Shown here piece after piece: positions 26,901 to 32,000 of a stretch of DNA of 32,000 nt. Within the stretch, counting starts at the first letter, position 1, and each line of letters opens with the position of its first letter. The notes below the pieces were generated by a model. The model saw only the letters and a program-made list of their open reading frames with translations. It was not told the origin of the DNA and searched no databases. The translations under genes were made by a program, and so were the position numbers. The stretch is from Candidatus Kuenenia stuttgartensis (lineage in GTDB: Bacteria; Planctomycetota; Brocadiia; Brocadiales; Brocadiaceae). Where the stretch lies: NCBI RefSeq assembly GCF_900232105.1, contig NZ_LT934425.1, positions 900,001 to 932,000 on the forward strand. The letters run 5' to 3'.

Positions 26901-27198
26901 ACTGTGGCAATTGTGGTTCCCCAGGCATGGCGCTTTGTATGGTGTCTTGTATACAAATACGCTGATATGTTTTTCCCTCATGTTGTAATGTTTCGGTATG
27001 AAAGCCGTCTATAGTAAATTCAAGTTCAATTGACCGGCTGTCTGATGGCAATAATGTAACAGAGGCGTTGCACAATCCTGTATACCACAGCATCAGGAAG
27101 GATAGTATGGCGACTAGAGGTGCAATGACCATGCACAGTGAATAATAAGAACGGTTGCGGCGTACGAAAAATATTTTTACTATCCATCTTCTTATCAT
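23944..27198 (-). CDS. Membrane-anchored C25-family (gingipain-like) cysteine peptidase with a C-terminal Lys-rich Ig-like domain
   Basis: The N-terminal TM anchor is MVIAPLVAILSFLMLWY. C25 hallmarks are ADYIIITHEDF...LASHR, IFSPQAIRDFL, YVVLIGDA, PSDNWF, DMHIGRL, the His box VNYTGHGAVNMWG and the Cys box VTVANCLNGFF. I prefer the ATG at 27198 (GGGGGAGAAAG upstream) over the listed TTG at 27213. Confidence 0.85.
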   Translation of the reverse strand: MIRRWIVKIFFVRRNRSYYSLCMVIAPLVAILSFLMLWYTGLCNASVTLLPSDSRSIELEFTIDGFHTETLQHEGKTYQRICIQDTIQSAMPGEPQLPQCGTMVGLPVIHGVSLDILDAQYETLQGYNIYPAPKSGIEGENQDTFPSGSIKQTFFENQHIYTSNAFFPDTPVKMGNKGYLRDQPVAQVHFTPVQFNPVTGEVRIYRKIVARVSWKEGHLSPEKKTSMASPFFENLLKKKIINYHNIKRPVIAENSYRTPVQRKMDSSGAEVSPRLKITVKEEGMYTLTYNDLIDAGFDVDAIDPRTLTMTNKGEDVAIFIEGEEDGVFNTSDTIVFYGEEYTDIYTDKNVYWLTAGATSGVRMNIHDGATSGNAIVPDYFPATIHVEENTYYWQTMPEGEGQDHYFWGGKLTAPQTKELTLNIKNILSGPETAAIRVQLKGYTDVSKSDPDHHTKIYINDKEIDDQYWDGRIVFNHEATVSHEYLNNGKNTITVETVGDTGASVDQLLINWAEIDYLDTYVAENDELFFRAPSEGVYQFEVSSFTGSDMEAFDITDHNAVVRVINTNIVNDNKRYTLQFEGVAQSDTRFLALTLAQYKTPFAIEKDETSSWKSSDKGADYIIITHEDFYDNALALASHRIDDGLRVVTVKVGDIYDEFNDGIFSPQAIRDFLSYTYNNWQEPAPAYVVLIGDAYQDYNDNLASGTINYVPSQIIETDELGETPSDNWFVLVSGNDILPDMHIGRLCAQTIEQAEDIINKVIFYDQHPSEEDWAKNVLLVADDDQSSFESLSEEIIELLPDNYTAKRVYVGDYTANDDVAFNITQNINNGCFMVNYTGHGAVNMWGLNASTSIYTTDDIALLDNWYKLPVVTVANCLNGFFTGKSTQVSVAEEFQRLQDKGAIAVWAATALSYTSGHRLLMLSFYESVFTGSSYGLGEISTEAKLDAYSQSSYWSELVETFVLFGDPATRLHVVADDGIPVTPTPLPQECTISAIEAEPKKLVLKKGEEGEVLITITCETNGNTEGFEIKANIKKGKKIAKIANKTAVTDVDGQASFVITAKKKGKAVVVFSVNNIAEKIRVKIK

Positions 27199-27216
27199 CT
27201 TTCTCCCCCTCAAGGA

Positions 27217-28359
27217 CTATGTACACACTTCGGCGCATACTATATCCGCCATATCTTGTAAGCGACCGGCAGTTAAGTGGTAGCATCGTGCTTTTGCGAT
27301 AATATTTGATAATTCCATGAACAATCGAATCGAACTGCCTTTAAATTCGTCCAGCAATATTTTTGATTTATAACTGCCCTGGTAATTCCCCAGAAGCGCA
27401 AGAGCTGCCTGGCTAACGGGTATGGGAAGAAGTCTTGCATTGCCGTTGAACGAAGCGTGTCCTTCTGTTCCCTTGAGGACGTCTAGCACAAGTATTTTGT
27501 GCATGGCGCATATTGTCTCTATTTTAGAAAGAATTTTATTTGCCTTGTCCGCACGTAGTATGAGTGCTGGAAAACTACCATTTACATCAACGTACATATT
27601 CCGTACCCCGGCAATGTTTTCTATGAGACGCAACACTTCATCATTCATTTTATCAACGAGAATGGTTAAGTCCTGTTCGTTGTTTTTCGTAATTCCCTTC
27701 TCATTCTGCAAAAAGAAAATATACTCAACGGGCACTTTCGTGCCAGAACTGCCCGGCAGTATTTGATCAATATCCAAAAGCAGTTTATCCAGCCATTCCT
27801 CTCCGCCGATAGTATTGTCCGGAAATCCAACCAATGATAACGTATCCTTTCGAACCCGCAGGCTTCGGGGAAACGGGTACACTAAATGGTCGTGTCTCCC
27901 CAGGGCAGCCATTTCATCAGAAAGAAATTTAAACCCTCTCTTCAGAAGTGTTAGTACTAAGGTAGTCTTGCCATACCCGCCATCTGCCACGATAAGCACG
28001 CCGTGGTTATCGAAGGAAACTACACCGGCATGTATTAAAAAATGGCTTTTTATGCGGGTAATAATTGACATGAGTATGCATTCATAAGCAAATCCGTCTA
28101 ATAATTTAGGATCATTAAGCGGCCATATCTCATCATTGCACATTAATACCGGCTTGCCAAAAATGTTGTCAGGATGTGTAATTAAAGAGAATTCTATCTG
28201 CGATGCAGGAAGAGAGGGAAATTCATTCTTCAGAAACCGACTATACATCTTTGTAAAAAGGTCAATAAATTCAATGGAATCAGATTTGATTGTTACCACC
28301 AAATCAAAGAAATAGAGCGTTACTTTGTTAAGAAGATACGGTTTTTGTAATAATCCCAT
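27217..28359 (-). CDS. HprK-related P-loop kinase (homologous to the HPr kinase/phosphorylase C-terminal domain)
   Basis: IHAGVVSFDNHGVLIVADGGYGKTTLVLTLLKRGFKFLSDEMAAL matches the HprK C-domain pattern (lHa..v...g.gvli.G.sG.GKSt.al.L...G..lvsDD). The stop is 18 nt before the C25 start. Confidence 0.8.
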   Translation of the reverse strand: MGLLQKPYLLNKVTLYFFDLVVTIKSDSIEFIDLFTKMYSRFLKNEFPSLPASQIEFSLITHPDNIFGKPVLMCNDEIWPLNDPKLLDGFAYECILMSIITRIKSHFLIHAGVVSFDNHGVLIVADGGYGKTTLVLTLLKRGFKFLSDEMAALGRHDHLVYPFPRSLRVRKDTLSLVGFPDNTIGGEEWLDKLLLDIDQILPGSSGTKVPVEYIFFLQNEKGITKNNEQDLTILVDKMNDEVLRLIENIAGVRNMYVDVNGSFPALILRADKANKILSKIETICAMHKILVLDVLKGTEGHASFNGNARLLPIPVSQAALALLGNYQGSYKSKILLDEFKGSSIRLFMELSNIIAKARCYHLTAGRLQDMADIVCAEVCT

Positions 28360-28383
28360 GGGGTATTTATATATTAAAAAAAA

Positions 28384-28410
28384 GGTAACACTTTAGAGTT
28401 TTGAAAAACC
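28384..28410 (+). repeat. Solo copy of the motif GGTAACACTTTAG-N4-TTTGAAAAA, 25 nt upstream of the kinase start
   Basis: The sequence ggtaacactttagagttttgaaaaacc has the same orientation as the copy at 22863-22888. The leftward flank (attaaaaaaaagg) also resembles the flank of the 18236 copy. Confidence 0.55.
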
Positions 28411-28705
28411 ATAAAAGCAAAATCATGCAGTTCAGCAGTCATTCAGCATACCCGCTCTTCAATTCCACCCCCTACACCCCCGCCAGCGGGGGACAGTTTA
28501 TGCAACTGCTCTTGTTCTCAAACTCCGGCATGGAAACGAGCGTTTTTAATTTTTCAAAAGACGAAATTGATACAAAAATATTGTATACTCAAGATGCTCA
28601 CAATTTGTGATTTGCCCCCCCGTGAGTAAGAAAGCCCCGTTCGTGAGAGCAATGCCTCTTCCAGATTTTCTAACGGGGTTTATAGACAATGTCGTACAAG
28701 TTCAA

Positions 28706-28730
28706 CACGGACAAACAAAGTTTGTCCGTG
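28706..28730 (-). terminator. Stem-loop (perfect 11-bp stem, 3-nt loop) between the small-peptide region and the kinase gene; a possible attenuator or terminator
   Basis: The sequence is cacggacaaac-aaa-gtttgtccgtg. On the minus strand it is followed by ttgaacttgt, only a weak T-tract. Confidence 0.45.
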
Positions 28731-28753
28731 CCACCCAGATATCAATTTAAAAT

Positions 28754-28819
28754 TCACATTTTATGCGCTTCTTGAGTATAACCATTCATGTAACCGGCAT
28801 GGGCAGTTACCAGGATGCC
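28754..28819 (-). other. Out-of-frame, start-less duplicate of the 3' end of the small ORF (GILVTAHAGYMNGYTQEAHKM*)
   Basis: The DNA ctggtaactgcccatgccggttacatgaatggttatact aligns with ttaggcgctgcccatactggttatgtaaatggcggcaat of the upstream ORF (about 24 of 39 identical). The fragment is in the +1 frame and bounded upstream by a TAG. Only non-canonical starts are available (ATC or CTG after an AGGTGG). Confidence 0.35.
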
Positions 28820-28835
28820 CTATCCACCTGCTGTG

Positions 28836-28967
28836 CTATCCAAGAATATTGCCGCCATTTACATAACCAGTATGGGCAGCGCCTAATTTCTCAAGCAGTT
28901 CTTCATCTGTATAAGTTTCAATCTTTGGCGGCTCATACGTCAACACGGGTCCATTTTGTACATTCAT
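28836..28967 (-). CDS. Small ORF of 43 aa, absent from the ORF track: candidate precursor peptide MNVQNGPVLTYEPPKIETYTDEELLEKLGAAHTGYVNGGNILG
   Basis: This is my own translation of the minus strand. The ATG at 28967 is preceded by AAGGAGG with a 6-nt spacer (gaaaggaggttgcacATG), and the stop is a TAG at 28838-28836. The peptide has an acidic helical leader-like half and a Gly/Asn-rich tail. The gene lies upstream of, and co-oriented with, the kinase and peptidase genes. The listed plus-strand ORF 28763-28996 is its antisense shadow. Confidence 0.6.
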   Translation of the reverse strand: MNVQNGPVLTYEPPKIETYTDEELLEKLGAAHTGYVNGGNILG

Positions 28968-29091
28968 GTGCAACCTCCTTTCAAAAATGTGTCTGATGTT
29001 CATGATTTAATGGTATCTTAACTTCTACACTTCCCAGAAGAGATAGCGCTCTCTCTGGAAAAAAACTATTCCTTACAATGTTTTCCACGTT

Positions 29092-29967
29092 TTACTCCGA
29101 CACTATTACCCGCACCTTAATTGGCCCATGCATGGTGCTCTTGCCATTTGTATCAATATCTTCCAATGTGTAAAAGTATCTGCCACTGCGATCAAGGATG
29201 TCTAAATAGCTGTAGCTTGCACCATAGACCGCATCGCCAGATGCTTCGATTAATTCATCATTAATTCTGGTGTACGGACCTCCCCTCTGCTTTGCGCGGT
29301 GAATGTTGAAGCCTGCGTTGTATATTTCAGTGACAGTTTCCCATTCCAGCATGATTTCTTCTTCAAATGCGGTAGCCGTAAAAGAGGTAAGCTCTACTGC
29401 GGTAGTTTCACAAAGAACCTCCAAATCTATCGCACTGTCATCAACTGCGGCAGTTTGTTTTTTGCCGTTTACAGATACCTGAGCATGTATATTTAAATTG
29501 TCATATGTACCTTCTGAAAGAGACACTGCAGCTTCCCATCCCTCAGCTTTTCCGCTGTTAAGTCCTATCCACGCAAAATCCGGTGGTGTGCCATCATTGT
29601 TATCATCACCATCAACAAGTTTGGTGGATTTCCCTGACTTTATAAAATTGTCATCCGGCGATGCCAACACTTTCCCAGTCACACCTAATACCAAAGCATA
29701 CAGAATTTCATTTGTACAATCATAACGAAGATAAAGCTTTGCATCGATGGAAGGATTTTTCTTATCAGATCTACCCGCTCTCCACATATTGGCAAAAAAA
29801 TCGCCGCTCCCATCTTCTGCCAGATTCCATTCACTTTCATCACCATCTACCGTCGCCGTGCCAAAAGCTGGCACTGGAGGACTCGCGGCAAAGGCCGATG
29901 AAATAAAACTATTATTCATTATTACACACACTATTAATGCAAATAATGTTATTCCTGCTTTAAACAT
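29092..29967 (-). CDS. Secreted protein of unknown function with a conserved-looking C-terminal beta-sandwich module
   Basis: I chose the ATG at 29967, which gives a classical signal peptide: MFKAGITLFALIVCVIMNNSFISSAFA|ASPP. The C-terminal module is VELTSFTATA..IMLEWETVTEIYNAGFNIHRA....GPYTRIN..LI.A......ASYSYLD......RYFYTLEDIDTNGKSTMHGP. Confidence 0.6.
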   Translation of the reverse strand: MFKAGITLFALIVCVIMNNSFISSAFAASPPVPAFGTATVDGDESEWNLAEDGSGDFFANMWRAGRSDKKNPSIDAKLYLRYDCTNEILYALVLGVTGKVLASPDDNFIKSGKSTKLVDGDDNNDGTPPDFAWIGLNSGKAEGWEAAVSLSEGTYDNLNIHAQVSVNGKKQTAAVDDSAIDLEVLCETTAVELTSFTATAFEEEIMLEWETVTEIYNAGFNIHRAKQRGGPYTRINDELIEASGDAVYGASYSYLDILDRSGRYFYTLEDIDTNGKSTMHGPIKVRVIVSE

Positions 29968-30502
29968 GTATTGTTTCCTTATAAATAATGTTATTGGGAT
30001 TAGCTCACAAAAAAGCTGTTTATTAAACTCCATGCGCTTGGCAAGGGTCTGCACGTTGTTGAAATAATCAATTGATATGCCAATATGATCTAATAATTTC
30101 AGATTTATTGTAATTAATTGCCTAACAATACTTTAGGAATAATATTTTTTTCAGATTATGGTAAACCTGTCAAACAACGAAAGGATAAACCATTGTATAT
30201 TTGTTTTTTTTGCAAAATTTGCAGAAAATCAAACACAGCTCGAAAGCATTGTGATTTGAGGGATTATACAGGCAAAGAGAAAATGTGAAAAATGAAGTCA
30301 CCTTTTTCATTGTATTGGGACGCAATATTTGCGTATAAATAGGGGGATTATTGGTGGAAAGGGCTTGGGTGGCGGAGGTGGTTGTTTTCTGTGACCGTTA
30401 CTTTTGTGGCATTGATAAAAGGTATGTATTTTAGATGTCTCAATTAAGCATCGGAGATGATACTGTTGGTTGTATTTTTACAAAAATCTCACTTCATAAA
30501 AA

Positions 30503-31834
30503 CTAAAAGGTCAATCCCAGGCCAAGAGATACCGCATTTTTCAATAAATCGCCGGAATCAAAAGTATTATCTCTGTTCGCATATGAATAATCAAACTCTG
30601 CAAACCACCATTTTTGAGGGCGATATTTAACATTTAAATGCACATGAAAACTGTCAACATCTTCAACCACACCCGACGTACCAGTCGATTCTGCAAATCT
30701 CATGTTCCAATAATACACATCAAGGTATCCATCAATACGGTCATGTTGGTTAATATATTTTATACCGACTTTTGTGTAAAAATAAGAATTATTATTTGCC
30801 TGCCGTTGTTCTTTCAGACTCCTCTCACCATAAATTTCAACCGATGAAACGGGATTAATGAGATAGCGATCTCCCAGCACAACATTCCATCCCTCAAAAT
30901 TTTCTATGTTACTATGCTTTTTATATTTTGAAGTTCTGTAGTTCGTATTTAAATATATTTCATTTTTCTGATTAATAGTCCAGGAAATGTTTAACGGTAT
31001 GTCGTTTTTATAATTATCTCTATTCTTAGAGGTCTCAGCATCATATCGTTGAATGGAGTAAACGAACCCCGAAGACACCTTAACAGGCAGTAAAGGATAA
31101 TTATATTCTATGATTGCGCCCAGAGTATCAAGATTATAGTCGTCACTCTTAAATTCGTCTTTTTGATAACTCACATCCTGGTTATTATAACGTATCAGAA
31201 AATCAACGTTAGGAAAGAAATCAGGAAAATCCATTTCAAAGGAAGCAATATTTGTGGTAAGGTCTCTTTTCCCAACGAAAACATTCGGCCCCTGATCTTC
31301 AAAAGGGATGTCCAGGTCATCAATATCGCCGAAGGACCTTCTTTGAAAACCAGGAGGAATCACATGTTTTCTAAACCGGTCACTGAAAACAAACGAAAAA
31401 TCATTTGCGAAATAAAATCCAAGCGAGCCTTCCCACGATTGATTCACGCGATCCCTTTCCTGTTCATGCTCGTAATCATAAATCTCTACATCATATTTGA
31501 AATGTGAAAGCAAGTAATCTGAAAAAGGTGCTGCAATCAATAATGATGGCCGATGCAAGGTATAAAGATCAGAAACCTCTTCCTCTGCCGCATCATATAC
31601 ATTGTCATCATATATTTCATTTACCTGATATGAGGGCTTTATACCGACAGGCCCAATATGAATATCGTTATATAACAACGAAAGCTCATCCATAATATTA
31701 AATTCTGATGCGGCAGAAAGCCCCTTCATTTCATAATTATCAACATCTATTTCCTCAGACATTCCACAAGGATATCGATATGCCGCAGAAAAAAAGACCA
31801 ATAATAGTATAAACCTAAAATATTTTACGCCCAA
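30503..31834 (-). CDS. Outer-membrane beta-barrel protein
   Basis: The TTG start at 31834 has an AAGGAG SD 5 nt upstream. It has a signal-like N-terminus, alternating aromatic/polar beta-strand patterns throughout, and a terminal ..VSLGLGLTF ending in Phe, the typical OMP C-terminal signature. Confidence 0.65.
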   Translation of the reverse strand: MGVKYFRFILLLVFFSAAYRYPCGMSEEIDVDNYEMKGLSAASEFNIMDELSLLYNDIHIGPVGIKPSYQVNEIYDDNVYDAAEEEVSDLYTLHRPSLLIAAPFSDYLLSHFKYDVEIYDYEHEQERDRVNQSWEGSLGFYFANDFSFVFSDRFRKHVIPPGFQRRSFGDIDDLDIPFEDQGPNVFVGKRDLTTNIASFEMDFPDFFPNVDFLIRYNNQDVSYQKDEFKSDDYNLDTLGAIIEYNYPLLPVKVSSGFVYSIQRYDAETSKNRDNYKNDIPLNISWTINQKNEIYLNTNYRTSKYKKHSNIENFEGWNVVLGDRYLINPVSSVEIYGERSLKEQRQANNNSYFYTKVGIKYINQHDRIDGYLDVYYWNMRFAESTGTSGVVEDVDSFHVHLNVKYRPQKWWFAEFDYSYANRDNTFDSGDLLKNAVSLGLGLTF

Positions 31835-32000
31835 AATATCTCCTTAGAGTATTACCTTGTAAAAACTTCTTTTTTTGTAAGTTTTTCTTCGTGCCGCACT
31901 AGTACATCGTTTCGTTAAAATGTGTACGTAAAAAAATATCATTGCGAGGAGTGGAGCGACGAAGCAATCTCTTGTTCCCAAAAGACTTAAGATTGTTTCG

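Noticed and set aside
28836-28967. Reading the small peptide plus PqqD plus HprK-like kinase as a lasso-peptide cluster
   Set aside because: No asparagine-synthetase-like cyclase or transglutaminase-like B2 protease is present in the window. The putative core GYVNGGNILG has no Asp or Glu at positions 7-9 for macrolactam formation. The Thr is at -1 rather than -2 relative to the Gly. Only the leader motif resembles lasso precursors.
28763-28996. Listed 77-aa plus-strand ORF
   Set aside because: It is the antisense shadow of the SD-driven minus-strand 43-aa ORF and its duplicate. It has no SD and no recognisable motif.
31931-32000. Window-end sequence cattgcgaggagtggagcgacgaagcaatc...agattgtttcg, with an 11-nt match (agattgtttcg) at 6478-6488
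   Set aside because: It looks like part of a dispersed intergenic repeat that I vaguely recall being mis-translated as small ORFs in other genomes. It is cut by the window edge, and an 11-nt match is within chance expectation.
1-32000. Search by eye for tRNA, rRNA or other canonical RNA genes
   Set aside because: I saw no T-loop GGTTCGAATCC-type sequence and no rRNA-like conserved block. Absence by eye is not proof, so a covariance-model scan should be run.

Overview
This is a bacterial chromosomal window from a Gram-negative-type organism, judged from an outer-membrane beta-barrel, PpiD-like, PqiA-like and RseC-like genes. The taxon cannot be fixed from sequence alone. All calls rest on reading motifs in the supplied translations and the DNA; no searches were run.

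Layout:
- **1-5300:** a very AT-rich restriction-modification island. Hand-counted 60-nt samples give about 25% GC, against about 38-45% further right. It holds an MboI/DpnII-type GATC module (Dam-like methyltransferase, DpnII-like endonuclease, and a truncated stub of the second methylase). An unrelated block follows: an atypical 541-aa methyltransferase, a 148-aa unknown, and a 449-aa HhH-GPD glycosylase-like protein.
- **5373-18045:** housekeeping genes. These are HU/IHF, RseC-like, a very long S41 C-terminal processing protease, PpiD-like chaperone, ribF, pncB and nadE. An IS630-family insertion here splits a small HicB-like gene.
- **18046-18800 and 22200-22420:** intergenic regions packed with nested palindromes and MITE-like elements that share terminal inverted repeats.
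- **18825-21572:** a PqiA-like membrane protein, a toxin-antitoxin pair, and a secreted CXXCH / poly-Gly / Ig-like-domain protein.
- **22572-28967:** the most interesting locus. It has a PqqD-family peptide-binding protein and a minus-strand run of five elements: an unlisted 43-codon ORF with a perfect Shine-Dalgarno site, a stem-loop, an HprK-related P-loop kinase, a membrane-anchored C25 (gingipain-like) peptidase, and an S26B (SipW-type) signal-peptidase-like protein. I read this as a candidate undescribed peptide-maturation (RiPP-like) or protein-sorting system.
- **29092-31834:** a secreted protein and an outer-membrane beta-barrel.

I recognised no rRNA, tRNA or CRISPR array.
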